41,010 nucleotides of DNA from Prevotellaceae bacterium (lineage in GTDB: Bacteria > Bacteroidota > Bacteroidia > Bacteroidales > Bacteroidaceae): positions 1 through 41,010 of the forward strand of contig CAJPLH010000001.1 in NCBI GenBank assembly GCA_905371275.1. Direction: 5' to 3'. Shown here piece after piece: positions 19,011 through 29,733 of the stretch. The translations under genes were made by a program, and so were the position numbers. The number at the start of each line of letters is the position of its first letter. Position 1 is the stretch's first letter. The notes under the pieces were generated by a model. The model made no database searches and was not told where the DNA came from. It saw only the letters and a list, made by a program, of their open reading frames with translations.

Positions 19011-20405
19011 TTAAAAAGCTGCGGACTTTGGAGTACGTGGGAAAGGTATCACGTCGCGAATGTTCTGCATACCCGTTACAAACAGGATGAGGCGTTCGAA
19101 TCCTAGGCCGAAACCTGCGTGGGGACAAGAACCGAATTTGCGAATATCGAGATACCACCAAATATCTTTGTGTGGAACGTGCATTTCGTCAGCACGTGCC
19201 AAAAGTTTATCGTGGTCTTCTTCACGCACAGAACCACCAATGATTTCACCAATCTGTGGGAAAAGCACGTCAGTACCCTGCACAGTCTTTCCGTCTTCGT
19301 TGGTCTTCATATAGAAAGACTTAATTTCCTTCGGATAGTCCGTGAGAATAACAGGCTTCTTGAAATGTTCTTCCACAAGATAACGTTCGTGCTCAGATGC
19401 AAGATCGCAACCCCAAGACACAGGGAATTCAAATTTCTTGCCATTTGCAACAGCAGCTTCGAGCAATTCAATACCCTCTGTGTAGGTAAGACGCACAAAG
19501 TCCGTGTCTACCACAGAGTGCAGACGCTCGAGCAGAGTGTTGTCAATCATCTTGTTGAGGAACTCGAGGTCTTCCATACAGTTGTCGAGTGCCCAACGCA
19601 CACAATACTTGATGAAGTCTTCTTCTAAATCCATCAAACCTTGAAGATCCATAAAGGCCACTTCGGGTTCAATCATCCAAAACTCAGCCAAGTGACGAGG
19701 AGTATTGGAATTCTCTGCACGGAAAGTCGGTCCGAATGTGTAGATTGCCCCCAAAGCCGTTGCGCCCAATTCACCTTCGAGCTGACCAGAAACGGTCAAA
19801 CAAGTAGACTCACCGAAGAAATCATCAGAATAGTCGATATGACCTTCCTTGTCCTTCTTCAAATCATAGAGATTCTTTGTGGTGACTTGGAACATTTGTC
19901 CTGCACCTTCAGCATCACTAGAAGTGATGATGGGAGTGTGGAAGTAGAAGTAGCCGTGTTCATGGAAATAGCGGTGAATCGCCATTGCCATATGGTGGCG
20001 AATACGGAAAACAGCACCAAAAGTGTTGGTACGCAAACGAAGATGTGCGTGTTGGCGCATATATTCAAACGTTTGTCCCTTCTTCTGCATGGGATATTCG
20101 CTTCCACAAGCACCGAGCACTTCAATGGCTGTAGCTTGAATTTCAGCTGCTTGTCCACCACCCTGGCTAGCAACGAGTGTACCTTCGACACTCAAGCAGG
20201 CACCAGTAGTAACTAACTTCAAAAGTTCGGCATCGAACTTCTCCACATCGGCAACAATTTGCACATTGCTCAGGCACGAACCGTCGTTGAGCGCAATGAA
20301 ATTTACGCTCTTACTTCCACGACGAGTGCGCACCCATCCTTTGACGCAAACACTTGCGCCAAAGTCAGTACGGGCCAAAAGGTCCTTTATCTTGGTTCTT
20401 TCCAT
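19011..20405 (-). CDS. asnS: Asparagine--tRNA ligase
   Basis: '[10 protein letters not shown]', '[24 protein letters not shown]', '[11 protein letters not shown]'. Confidence 0.98.
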   Translation of the reverse strand: MERTKIKDLLARTDFGASVCVKGWVRTRRGSKSVNFIALNDGSCLSNVQIVADVEKFDAELLKLVTTGACLSVEGTLVASQGGGQAAEIQATAIEVLGACGSEYPMQKKGQTFEYMRQHAHLRLRTNTFGAVFRIRHHMAMAIHRYFHEHGYFYFHTPIITSSDAEGAGQMFQVTTKNLYDLKKDKEGHIDYSDDFFGESTCLTVSGQLEGELGATALGAIYTFGPTFRAENSNTPRHLAEFWMIEPEVAFMDLQGLMDLEEDFIKYCVRWALDNCMEDLEFLNKMIDNTLLERLHSVVDTDFVRLTYTEGIELLEAAVANGKKFEFPVSWGCDLASEHERYLVEEHFKKPVILTDYPKEIKSFYMKTNEDGKTVQGTDVLFPQIGEIIGGSVREEDHDKLLARADEMHVPHKDIWWYLDIRKFGSCPHAGFGLGFERLILFVTGMQNIRDVIPFPRTPKSAAF

Positions 20406-20446
20406 GAGTTTAGGATAAGTTGTTCTAGGAAAATGGTATTTGCAGT

Positions 20447-21739
20447 TTATTCAAACGAGCCCATGCGAAGCATACGTACTTCTTCTTCGGTGAGGAAACG
20501 CCAGTCGCCACGCTTCACGTTCTTTTTGGTCAATCCTGCAAAATAAACGCGATCAAGCTTCACGACATTGTAGCCAAGACTAGCAAAGATACGACGCACG
20601 ATGCGGTTTTTGCCAGAGTGGATTTCAATGCCCACTTGCTTTTTGTCTGTTTCGCTTGCATAATCTACAGCATCCGCACGAATATCGCCATCTTCGAGGG
20701 TGATACCTTCAGCAATCTGGCGCAAATCAGCTGCGGTCACATTGCGGTCGAGATAAACGTGATAAATCTTTTTCTTCAAGAACTTGGGGTGAGTGAGCTT
20801 AGAAGCCATTTCTCCGTCGTTGGTGAGCAACAACACACCAGTTGTGTTGCGGTCAAGACGTCCAACAGGATAAATTCGCTCCATACAAGCATTGCGCACC
20901 AAGTCCATCACTGTCTTGCGGTTTTGAGGATCTTCGCTAGTGGTCACATAGCCCTTAGGCTTGTTGAGCAACACATAGATTTTCTTCTCCGCCTTCACTT
21001 GTTGATCGTGGAAGAGCACAGTGTCAGTGCGAAGCACTTTATGACCAAGTTCGGTGATTACTTCTCCGTTCACCTTCACTACGCCTGCCTCAATATATTT
21101 GTCGGCATCGCGACGAGAGCAAACTCCAGCATTTGCCAAGAACTTGTTCAAACGGATGGGTTTCGTTGGATCGAAAGCCTCTTCTTTATATTCTATGCGA
21201 CGCTTACCCGGATTAGAGAATTTGTTGTAACCTCCTCGGTTATAACCATTCTGTCCGTTGCGATTGTAGCCGCCATTGTTGTTTCTGTTGCCATAACCAC
21301 CACGGTTGCCATAACCACCAGCATTGTTGCTATTGCCATGGTTAGAGCGGCTATATTCGCCACCTTGTGCACCATAACCGCCTTGCTGACGTTGGTAACC
21401 ACCTTGCTGACGCTGATTACCATAACCGCCTTGACGGTTGTAGCCATTGGCATTGCGTTCGCCACCGCCATAATTGCCACGATTATAGCCGCCACCTTGC
21501 TGGCTCTGATTGCCATAGCCGCCTTGACGGTCATTATAGTTATTGCCACCGCGATTGTAACCACGATTGCCGTTGTTGCTATTATAATTTGAGTAACCGC
21601 CATAACTTTGGCGTTCCGCACTGCTCCCTTCACGGGTAAAACGCGGACGTGAAGGACGACCTTCGTGGCGGCCTCCGTTAGACGAAGTGTAGCCCTCGCG
21701 GCGGCCTCCGTCATAATTGTACTGATCGTAATCGCTCAT
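20447..21739 (-). CDS. rluB: RluB/RsuA-family rRNA pseudouridine synthase with G/N/Y/R/Q-rich N-terminus
   Basis: S4 domain '[15 protein letters not shown]', 'LNKPKG', catalytic '[18 protein letters not shown]'. Confidence 0.9.
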   Translation of the reverse strand: MSDYDQYNYDGGRREGYTSSNGGRHEGRPSRPRFTREGSSAERQSYGGYSNYNSNNGNRGYNRGGNNYNDRQGGYGNQSQQGGGYNRGNYGGGERNANGYNRQGGYGNQRQQGGYQRQQGGYGAQGGEYSRSNHGNSNNAGGYGNRGGYGNRNNNGGYNRNGQNGYNRGGYNKFSNPGKRRIEYKEEAFDPTKPIRLNKFLANAGVCSRRDADKYIEAGVVKVNGEVITELGHKVLRTDTVLFHDQQVKAEKKIYVLLNKPKGYVTTSEDPQNRKTVMDLVRNACMERIYPVGRLDRNTTGVLLLTNDGEMASKLTHPKFLKKKIYHVYLDRNVTAADLRQIAEGITLEDGDIRADAVDYASETDKKQVGIEIHSGKNRIVRRIFASLGYNVVKLDRVYFAGLTKKNVKRGDWRFLTEEEVRMLRMGSFE

Positions 21740-21826
21740 TGCTGTTATTGATTTAGTGTGTACGTTGTTTTGATAAATAATAGTCTCGACCTCACGGCCG
21801 AATGGTAAGGTATAAGGAGAATCTCC

Positions 21827-23173
21827 TTAAATACCTGTATAGTTGTGGGGAGTGATTGCGTGCAACTCTGCCTTGATTTCGTCACTCACATCAAGAGTGT
21901 CGATGAATTCCGAAATACTTTGTTCGGTGATTGCAGCATTGGTGCGCGTCAGCGCCTTGAGTGCTTCATAAGGATGAGGATAAGCTTCACGGCGAAGAAT
22001 AGTTTGAATAGCTTCAGCGCATACTGCCCAGTTGTGTTCGAGGTCAGCCGCTAAAGTTTCTTCACGCAACAACAACTTGCCCAAGCCTTTGAGTGTGGAC
22101 GAGAATGCTATCAACGCGTGTCCCATAGGCACCCCTACATTGCGCAAAACTGTTGAGTCGGTCAAATCGCGCTGCAAACGACTGATAGGCAACTTCATGC
22201 TGAGATGCTCTAAAATAGCGTTGGCTACACCAAGGTTACCTTCTGAATTTTCAAAGTCAATGGGATTTACCTTATGGGGCATTGCACTAGAACCCACTTC
22301 TCCAGCCTTAATCTTTTGTTTGAAATACTCCATCGACACATATTGCCAGAAATCTCTATCGAGGTCAATGAGAATAGTGTGAATGCGACGCATTGCATCA
22401 AACACTGAAGCCAAATTGTCGTAGTTGGCAATCTGTGTGGTGAAAGATTCGCGCTCAAGTCCCAATTTCTCAGCTACAAACTTGTTGCCGAATGCTGCCC
22501 AATCAATGTGAGGATAAGCCACATGGTGCGCATTGAAATTACCGGTGGCACCTCCAAACTTAGCACTCAAAGGCACGGCCTTAAGTTGTTTGAGTTGCTG
22601 TTCTAAACGATAACCAAACACGCGGATCTCTTTCCCCAAACGCGTGGGAGATGCGGGTTGCCCATGCGTTTTGGCCAACATAGGAATATCCTTCCATTCT
22701 TCAGCACGCTGATTCACAGCATCAATGACTTCTTGCAAGAGAGGTACATACACCAACTCTAAACTGTCTTTGAGCATCAAAGGGAAAGCCGTATTATTGA
22801 TGTCTTGCGAGGTAAGTCCGAAGTGAATGAACTCCTTATAGGCTTCCAAACCTCCGATTTTATCGAATTCTTCTTTGATGAAGTATTCGATGGCCTTAAC
22901 ATCGTGATTGGTCACAGACTCAATGGCCTTGACGCGTGCTGCATCTGCTTCAGAGAAGTTTTCGTAGATGGCACGAAATCTAGGAAATAGGCTTGGCGCG
23001 CAATCTGCCAGTTGTGGCAAAGGAAGTTCACAAAGCGTGATGAAATACTCTATTTCTACGCGAACACGATATTTCATCAGTGCGTATTCCGAGAAATAGG
23101 GAGCCAAGGCTTCTGTTTTGCTACGATAGCGGCCATCAATAGGCGACACAGCTGTGAGGAGGTCTAATTCCAT
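21827..23173 (-). CDS. purB: Adenylosuccinate lyase
   Basis: 'AVSPIDGRY', 'TNHDVKA', signature 'GSSAMPHKVNPIDFENSEGN'. Confidence 0.98.
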   Translation of the reverse strand: MELDLLTAVSPIDGRYRSKTEALAPYFSEYALMKYRVRVEIEYFITLCELPLPQLADCAPSLFPRFRAIYENFSEADAARVKAIESVTNHDVKAIEYFIKEEFDKIGGLEAYKEFIHFGLTSQDINNTAFPLMLKDSLELVYVPLLQEVIDAVNQRAEEWKDIPMLAKTHGQPASPTRLGKEIRVFGYRLEQQLKQLKAVPLSAKFGGATGNFNAHHVAYPHIDWAAFGNKFVAEKLGLERESFTTQIANYDNLASVFDAMRRIHTILIDLDRDFWQYVSMEYFKQKIKAGEVGSSAMPHKVNPIDFENSEGNLGVANAILEHLSMKLPISRLQRDLTDSTVLRNVGVPMGHALIAFSSTLKGLGKLLLREETLAADLEHNWAVCAEAIQTILRREAYPHPYEALKALTRTNAAITEQSISEFIDTLDVSDEIKAELHAITPHNYTGI

Positions 23174-23295
23174 AGGAAGATTGATTATTTTGAGGGGATT
23201 TTTGCGATAATAGAGTCATGGGAGCAACAAGAGAAGCACCAATTCACAACATAATTCCCTAGTCAATCATTGGTGCTGCTGCATCTTGCATTGCT

Positions 23296-23709
23296 TCAGC
23301 GCAGTCGCCAGCGATCTTTCACCCAAACAAATGAGAGCAAAATCTCTTCGTGGGTTTGGTTGCGATAGTTTACACGCAACGTCACATTGGTTTGTCGACC
23401 ATTGGCAGAAGGTGTGAGTTTCACCACGCGTGCCGAAACAACACCTCCCACTTTTTCTTGTTGCATAGCCGAATGTTGCTTATGCAAATCGGCCATCTGC
23501 TTGCGATAATTCTCGGGAGTATTATCGCACGAAGCCATTTCAGCCACATATGCAGCATATTGCCCTTGCTGATACAAGCCATACACGCGCTCTACCTCAC
23601 CATTTTCCAAGGGAGGAATCTGGGAAGAGGTCGTTTTAGACTTCGCAGAAGTGCAAGACGCACACACGAGGCAACAGAAAAGACAGCCTAGCCACAAGAA
23701 CTGACGCAT
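23296..23709 (-). CDS. Hypothetical lipoprotein
   Basis: Hydrophobic leader ending in a lipobox-like 'CASC'; 6 bp after der, same strand. Confidence 0.75.
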   Translation of the reverse strand: MRQFLWLGCLFCCLVCASCTSAKSKTTSSQIPPLENGEVERVYGLYQQGQYAAYVAEMASCDNTPENYRKQMADLHKQHSAMQQEKVGGVVSARVVKLTPSANGRQTNVTLRVNYRNQTHEEILLSFVWVKDRWRLR

Positions 23710-23715
23710 AAACTT

Positions 23716-25029
23716 TTATTTCTGACGGATAAAGATATTGATAGGACAGCCACTGAAATCCCAGAACTCACGAATCTTATTTTCCAAGAAACGCTTGTAA
23801 GGGTCGCGCACATATTGTGGCAAATTCGCATAGAACACAAACGCAGGTATTTGTGTGTCGCGGATTTGTGCGCAGTATTTAATCTTGATATATTTGCCCT
23901 TGATTGAGGGAGGGGGATAAGCTTCGATGAGAGGAAGAAGTTTTTCGTTCAATGCCGAAGTACCCACGTGGCGTTTACGATTGAGGTAAACTTCTTTTGC
24001 CGTTTCAAGCACCTTAAAGATGCGTTGCTTTGTGAGCGCAGAAGAGAAGATGATGGGGAAGTCGGTGAAGGGTGCCATACGTTCGCGTATGGTGTCTTCG
24101 AAGTGAGAAATCACCTTTTGCGTTTTCTCCTCCACAGTGTCCCACTTATTCACCACCACAACAAGGCTTTTGTTGTTACGTTGCACAAGCTGGAAGATAT
24201 TCATATCTTGCGACTCGATACCACGAGTAGCATCAATAAGAAGGATGCAAACATCAGAGTTTTCAATGGCACGAATGGAACGCATCACACTATAAAACTC
24301 CAAATCTTCCGACACTTTGTTCTTTTTGCGGATACCTGCCGTATCAACCAAGTAAAAATCAAAGCCAAATTTATCGTAGCGCGTCAAGATTGAGTCGCGA
24401 GTGGTGCCTGCAATATCAGTCACAATGTGACGATCTTCTCCAATAAAGGCGTTAATCAACGAGCTCTTTCCTGCATTAGGACGACCTACAACGGAGAAAC
24501 GAGGAATATTCTCTTCACCTTCATCTTGGGTTTTCGCTGGAAGTTCAGCAAGAATCAAATCAAGCAAATCGCCAGTCCCACTACCTGTGGCAGCAGAAAC
24601 ACAATAAGGTTCTCCCAATCCTAAAGCATAGAATTCGGGAGCCCCATAACGATCTTCATTTTGATCCGTTTTATTGGCGCAAAGAATAACAGGTGTTTTG
24701 GCGCGGCGCAAAATTTGTGCCACTTGTGTATCTAGGTCTGTGATGCCGTTTTGCACATCAACGACAAAAAGAATGAGATCCGCTTCTTCTGTAGCCAATA
24801 CTACTTGCTTACGGATTTCTTCTTCAAAAATATCATCAGAGTTCACGACCCAGCCACCTGTATCAACGAGTGAAAACTCACGAGTTCCCCACTCCACTTT
24901 ACCGTATTGACGGTCGCGTGTGGTACCAGCTTCATCACTAACAATCGCTTGTCGCGTTCCTGTGAGTCGGTTAAAGAGCGTGGATTTGCCTACATTGGGG
25001 CGTCCCACGATAGCTACTAAATTAGACAT
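23716..25029 (-). CDS. der: Ribosome biogenesis GTPase Der (EngA)
   Basis: Two G-domains: 'GRPNVGKS', 'DTGG', 'GRPNAGKS', 'DTAG', 'NKWD'. Confidence 0.98.
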   Translation of the reverse strand: MSNLVAIVGRPNVGKSTLFNRLTGTRQAIVSDEAGTTRDRQYGKVEWGTREFSLVDTGGWVVNSDDIFEEEIRKQVVLATEEADLILFVVDVQNGITDLDTQVAQILRRAKTPVILCANKTDQNEDRYGAPEFYALGLGEPYCVSAATGSGTGDLLDLILAELPAKTQDEGEENIPRFSVVGRPNAGKSSLINAFIGEDRHIVTDIAGTTRDSILTRYDKFGFDFYLVDTAGIRKKNKVSEDLEFYSVMRSIRAIENSDVCILLIDATRGIESQDMNIFQLVQRNNKSLVVVVNKWDTVEEKTQKVISHFEDTIRERMAPFTDFPIIFSSALTKQRIFKVLETAKEVYLNRKRHVGTSALNEKLLPLIEAYPPPSIKGKYIKIKYCAQIRDTQIPAFVFYANLPQYVRDPYKRFLENKIREFWDFSGCPINIFIRQK

Positions 25030-25100
25030 TCGTTATAACGTTTCTTTTCGATAATAGGGAGCACAACCTCACGGCTTTCTCCACGATTTATTTATGCGCG

Positions 25101-25132
25101 CAAAGATACGGATTTCTAAGGACTACAGCAAA
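25101..25132 (-). promoter_or_regulatory. der promoter
   Basis: Minus strand TTTG, 20-nt spacer, TATCTTTG. Confidence 0.75.
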
Positions 25133-25210
25133 TTTTGTAGGTTATAATAAGAGAAACACATCGCAGATTACTCTAGTAGGGTCTCCTTTTCATCAAATTG
25201 TTCCCTTATT

Positions 25211-25364
25211 ATCTTCTCAAACGACAGGTTACTTTTCATAAAACAACGGCTTGTTTTTCACTAAACAACGTGTCACTTTACATAAAACAACGTGTCACTT
25301 TACATAAAACGACGTGTCACTTTTCATAAAACGACGGCTTGTATTTCATAAAACGCCGGGGAGG
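25211..25364. repeat. Tandem array of ~7 x 22-bp units
   Basis: Units such as TTTACATAAAACAACGTGTCAC and TTTTCATAAAACGACGGCTTGT start at 25233, 25255, 25277, 25299, 25321 and 25343, with a degenerate unit at 25211. Confidence 0.9.
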
Positions 25365-25427
25365 CTCTTTTCGAACAAGCGGAAAAACCAATACGACTAC
25401 AACAGTACGATAATACGCAGAAATCCT

Positions 25428-25685
25428 CACGCGTACGCGCGTATAACAGGAGTTTTATCATTTTTGCTGTCACAAGTGTCACAGTTCTGCAACAACATCC
25501 TAATAAACAACTCGTTATAACAATATTTGGATTAAAGTCTTCTCGTTCTATCCCATACTCCATCGAAAGACACCTTTTCCAACGCTTCATTTTGCGACTT
25601 TCCTTTCCCTTTTTCAGGACTTGTGTGACACTTGTGACAGCAAAAAATCAAAAACTCGGTTGGAACGCGCGCACATACGCACGTG
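25428..25685. repeat. Long inverted repeat (perfect 23-bp core, ~55-bp imperfect arms, 140-bp spacer)
   Basis: TTTTTGCTGTCACAAGTGTCACA (25461-83) / TGTGACACTTGTGACAGCAAAAA (25624-46); outer GAGTTTT/AAAACTC and CGCGCG tracts extend the arms. Confidence 0.88.
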
Positions 25686-26018
25686 CTATACCTCCAACAG
25701 ATTTTATCCCCAAGCTTATCTGTACACTTCCCTGATTACAAAAAACTCCCTCACGAAATACCCTCAATTTGCAATACAGAGGTATCATTCAGCACACCTT
25801 CTTCAGGAGAAAACGCACTTTTCTGAGTTTTTACGCCTGTTTTGCGCTTTATCTCCCCATATATGTATAGAGCAACTCATTTACCAACGACACCAAACAT
25901 TTTGGACGCCAACCAGAGAAAACAATCCGTTTCATGATTTCAATGACTAAAAAGAAAAACTCTAAGGGGGAGAATCACAAAATCCACCGACTCACTCTCA
26001 TATATCATACAAAAAACG

Positions 26019-26026
26019 TAACTTTG
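26019..26026 (+). promoter_or_regulatory. -7 element immediately before nnrD
   Basis: TAACTTTG ending 4 nt before the ATG; no clear -33 TTTG. Confidence 0.5.
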
Positions 26027-26030
26027 CAGT

Positions 26031-26942
26031 ATGCAAATCTCGTCTTATCCTAAAATCGACAAGAAGTTAGCTAGTGAACTTCTCCGACCTCGTCCTCTCG
26101 AAAGCCACAAAGGCATCTTCGGCCACCTACTTTTGGTGGCGGGACACCACGGTATGATGGGAGCTGCAGTGCTTTGTGCAGAAGCAGCCTTACGCGCTGG
26201 GATCGGAAAACTTACGGCGCACGTGCCAGAAACAGCAAATATCATCTTTCAAACACGATTACCCGAAGCAATTCTACAATTCGACCAACAATCTCACCAA
26301 CACTGGGCAAGTATCATAGAACTAAATGATTACAGCTCCATAGTTATAGGTCCTGGATTGGGCACAGATGGCGAAACACAATGGGCTTTTCGCAATGTAA
26401 TGAAGCAATTACTCGACCGAGAAAAGACGGGAAACTTGATGCCTCTAGTGCTCGATGCAGACGCACTCAATATGTTATCTGAGGATTATCAGTTGCTCTC
26501 TTTTTTGCCGGCTGAAACCATTCTCACACCGCATTTAGGTGAAATGAAACGTTTGTGTCGCGCCTTAGATTTGCCATATGAAACTCAGGAAGCATTGCTA
26601 GACTCAGCTCAAAACATTGCGACCTCACTACAAATTCACATCGTTCTGAAAAGTCATCAAACTCACGTCTGCACAAGCACGGGGGAGGTTTTTCAACTCG
26701 ACACAAAGGGCAATAGTGGATTGGCCACAGCAGGCAGTGGTGATGTACTTGCAGGATTGATTGGTGGACTACTGGCGCAAGGATATCCGGCAAAAGATGC
26801 TGCCCTATTGGGTGTCTATCTCCACCACGCAGCAGCACAAGAATGTGCTTTCCGATTACAACCACACTGTATGCTTGCGTCTGACATTATCTCGTGTTTA
26901 TCTCAAGCTTTCACCTCTATAGTCTCTTCTAACCACTACTAG
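26031..26942 (+). CDS. nnrD: NAD(P)H-hydrate dehydratase (carbohydrate-kinase fold), stand-alone
   Basis: 'SHKGIFGH', 'GAAVLCAEAALRAGIG', 'IGPGLG', 'VLDADAL', 'LTPHLGEMKRL', 'GNSGLATAGSGDVLAG'. Confidence 0.92.
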   Translation: MQISSYPKIDKKLASELLRPRPLESHKGIFGHLLLVAGHHGMMGAAVLCAEAALRAGIGKLTAHVPETANIIFQTRLPEAILQFDQQSHQHWASIIELNDYSSIVIGPGLGTDGETQWAFRNVMKQLLDREKTGNLMPLVLDADALNMLSEDYQLLSFLPAETILTPHLGEMKRLCRALDLPYETQEALLDSAQNIATSLQIHIVLKSHQTHVCTSTGEVFQLDTKGNSGLATAGSGDVLAGLIGGLLAQGYPAKDAALLGVYLHHAAAQECAFRLQPHCMLASDIISCLSQAFTSIVSSNHY

Positions 26943-26943
26943 A

Positions 26944-28032
26944 ATGAACAAATATAATCCTTTATTTTTCATCTGTTTGCTCTCTTTTGTTTGGAGTTTT
27001 TCCTCAAAAGCAAATGCTCAAACTGAAGTGCATCCTTATCAACCAGGAATCACACAAGAAGGCATCACCTATTTTCTACCTCAAACTCGGCTGCACATCG
27101 TGGTGCGAGCTCAACGCGAAAGTTACACCCCAGGCGAATATGCACCATACGCTCAACGCTTTCTTGATGCTGCCAATGTGGAATTGCAACCCTACGACAG
27201 TTGGACGCTTCAAAACATCTCTGTTATGCCCTACGGCGTGGCCGATCGCACACAAGCTTACACCATCAAAGTCAATGCGAAAACTTCTGCACCTCTTGTG
27301 GAATTAGCTCCAGACGGACGTTTGCTCAGCATCAACACGAATGCCGATGCACTACCCATCCTTGAAACTCCTTCTATGAAGAAAATCAGCAAAGAAAAGT
27401 TGGTGGGCAACAACTATAAAACGCAAGAGATACTTCGAGCTGGAAGCACCACAGCTCGAGCCGAAATTACTGCACAAGAGATTTACGACATTCGCGAAAA
27501 CCGCGGATTACTGGCAAAGGGGCAAGCAGACTTTAATCCCAAAGATGGAGAACAACTGAAGACTATGATGGCTCAACTAGATGAGCGCGAGAAGGCTCTT
27601 CTCTCTCTATTCTTGGGTACCAAAACAATGGAAGAACACGTTTTCACCTTTGACGTTACTCCTCAACAAGCACAACAAACCATAGATTTATTCCGCTTTT
27701 CACGTTATCTTGGTGTGGTGCCAGCAGATGAAGTGGCTGGTACTCCCATTCAACTGCAAATTGCAGACAGAGCCACTTTACCCGAAGTGGTAGAATCTCC
27801 CAAGAAAAAGAAGGAAGTCGAAGACCTGCGCTATCGCATTCCCAGCAGTGCTGACATTAGAATCGTGGAGCACCAAAAAGTCTGGTACGAAGCTATCATT
27901 CCAATTGCTCAATTTGGTAGAATTGAACATCTTGGAGGAGTATTATTCAACAAGAAATTCAATACAAAAGTTCGTTTATCAGCTACGACAGGACAAGTTG
28001 AAAAACTCGACCTAGAACAATTGACCAAGTAA
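26944..28032 (+). CDS. Exported protein, probably DUF4831 family
   Basis: Signal peptide; 'GITYFLPQT', 'PGEYAPYAQRFL', 'EIYDIRENR', 'LFRFSRYLG', 'IAQFG'; adjacent to nnr as recalled for Bacteroidales. Confidence 0.72.
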   Translation: MNKYNPLFFICLLSFVWSFSSKANAQTEVHPYQPGITQEGITYFLPQTRLHIVVRAQRESYTPGEYAPYAQRFLDAANVELQPYDSWTLQNISVMPYGVADRTQAYTIKVNAKTSAPLVELAPDGRLLSINTNADALPILETPSMKKISKEKLVGNNYKTQEILRAGSTTARAEITAQEIYDIRENRGLLAKGQADFNPKDGEQLKTMMAQLDEREKALLSLFLGTKTMEEHVFTFDVTPQQAQQTIDLFRFSRYLGVVPADEVAGTPIQLQIADRATLPEVVESPKKKKEVEDLRYRIPSSADIRIVEHQKVWYEAIIPIAQFGRIEHLGGVLFNKKFNTKVRLSATTGQVEKLDLEQLTK

Positions 28033-28050
28033 GCAATTTCACGCTCAGTT

Positions 28051-29319
28051 ATGACAGACACTCAGCACATCAAAATACAAGATTATGCTTATAATCTACC
28101 AGAAGATCGCATAGCCAAATATCCTTTGAGTCAACGCGATCAATCAAAACTATTGCTCCGCGCTTGCAATGGTAGCATTCGCGAAGAGGTTTTCTCCGCA
28201 TTACCGAAATATCTGCCTCAAGATGCGCTAATGGTGTTCAACAACACGAAAGTCATTCAAGCGCGTTTACACTTCCACAAAAGTACGGGAGCCCTCATCG
28301 AAATATTCTGCTTAGAACCTTTTTCTCCCCTAGATTATCAACAATCATTTTCATCCAAAGGAGAAGTAAGTTGGGTTTGCTTAGTGGGAAATCTCAAGAA
28401 GTGGAAAGAAGGTGCACTAGAACGCGAAGTTCAGGTGCAAAATCACACGATTGTGCTCCGTGCAGAACGTGTGGGAGAAGAAGGAACAGGATTTGAAATT
28501 CGCTTTTCTTGGAATAATACAACGATTTCGTGGGCTGAGATTTTGGAAAGTATTGGTGAACTCCCAATTCCTCCCTATTTGAATCGTGACACAGAGGAGA
28601 GCGACCTCAAAACGTACCAAACAGTCTATTCGCGAATTAAAGGTTCTGTGGCTGCTCCCACAGCGGGTTTACACTTCACAGAAGAGGTGTTGCAACAATT
28701 GGATGAACGTGGCATCGAACGCAATGAAATTACGCTCCACGTCGGTGCAGGAACTTTCAAACCCGTCAAGAGTGAAGAGATTTCTGGACACACGATGCAC
28801 GCTGAGTGGATTGCTGTTCCTCGCACTTCTATCGAACGCTTGTTGGCACACAAAGCACAATGTATTGCCGTGGGAACAACCAGTGTGCGCACGCTAGAAA
28901 GTTTATATTATATCGGTGTGCGTTTGCATCAATGCCGCACAGAAGGACGCACTCCGTCTGACGAAGATTTGCACGTTCCTCAATGGTTTCCTTATGAATA
29001 TGCAACAGCCTGCTCTACTCCTCTGACTTCAGAAGAGGCTCTTCGCGAGATTTTGCTTTATCTTGATGCGAATAATCTGCAAACACTTCATACTGCTACG
29101 CAAATTATAATTGCTCCAGGCTACGAATACCATATAGTGCGCACCATCGTGACTAACTTCCATCAACCTCAATCAACTTTGTTGCTTTTGGTGAGTGCGT
29201 TTGTGGACGGACGTTGGAAAGAAATTTACGATTACGCGTTAGAACACCATTTTCGCTTCCTCTCCTACGGAGATTCTTCAGTCCTCAACTACGATGCACT
29301 AAAAAAAATAGGTCTATAA
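28051..29319 (+). CDS. queA: S-adenosylmethionine:tRNA ribosyltransferase-isomerase
   Basis: 'PIPPYL', 'YQTVY', 'GSVAAPTAGLHF', 'LHVGAGTF', 'TNFHQPQSTL', 'FLSYGDSS'. Confidence 0.97.
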   Translation: MTDTQHIKIQDYAYNLPEDRIAKYPLSQRDQSKLLLRACNGSIREEVFSALPKYLPQDALMVFNNTKVIQARLHFHKSTGALIEIFCLEPFSPLDYQQSFSSKGEVSWVCLVGNLKKWKEGALEREVQVQNHTIVLRAERVGEEGTGFEIRFSWNNTTISWAEILESIGELPIPPYLNRDTEESDLKTYQTVYSRIKGSVAAPTAGLHFTEEVLQQLDERGIERNEITLHVGAGTFKPVKSEEISGHTMHAEWIAVPRTSIERLLAHKAQCIAVGTTSVRTLESLYYIGVRLHQCRTEGRTPSDEDLHVPQWFPYEYATACSTPLTSEEALREILLYLDANNLQTLHTATQIIIAPGYEYHIVRTIVTNFHQPQSTLLLLVSAFVDGRWKEIYDYALEHHFRFLSYGDSSVLNYDALKKIGL

Positions 29320-29346
29320 TCAATCCTCTGAGACATAGATAGAACG

Positions 29347-29733
29347 ATGAATCAATATCCCAAATGGCTTCTAGCCATAAGCTTTCCCAACGTGCTTATC
29401 CCCATCGGCACGCTGATATTCTTTTTATTTGGTGGAGTGACTCTTTTCGATTGCAATGGTAGCACGTTTTTAGATGTTATTCAATACATCTTACTACAAC
29501 TCTTTTGGCTACTACCTCTAGCGAGTTTTTTTGCGACACTTTTTCTTTGGGGCAACGCTCAAGAACGCGCAGCAGTGGTGACCACCATTGTTGGCTTGCT
29601 CATTTCAATCACTTCGATTGCCTTACTTTGGTCACAACGCAACGACACCGCCATCAACAAGCCTATTGCAACGGCAGCTGCCATACCATTCAATAAAACT
29701 GTATCACCTCTTACTTCTACGTTGTCCTTATGA
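29347..29733 (+). CDS. Hypothetical membrane protein (3 TM)
   Basis: Three hydrophobic segments; ATGA overlap with thyA. Confidence 0.7.
   Translation: MNQYPKWLLAISFPNVLIPIGTLIFFLFGGVTLFDCNGSTFLDVIQYILLQLFWLLPLASFFATLFLWGNAQERAAVVTTIVGLLISITSIALLWSQRNDTAINKPIATAAAIPFNKTVSPLTSTLSL

Noticed and set aside
20618..21592. 324-aa + strand ORF with a V/A/I/T-rich C-terminus
   Set aside because: Antisense shadow of rluB; its low complexity mirrors the GGYN repeats.
25211..25364. Possible CRISPR array
   Set aside because: Units are contiguous with no unique spacers, and no cas genes are present.
25314..25950. Short ORFs 25314..25520, 25324..25590 and 25621..25950
   Set aside because: They run through the repeats, mostly have non-ATG starts and show no recognisable domain.
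3188..29319. tgt and queA as a DNA-modification (dpd) system
   Set aside because: Both are canonical tRNA queuosine enzymes 24 kb apart; no dpd-like genes.
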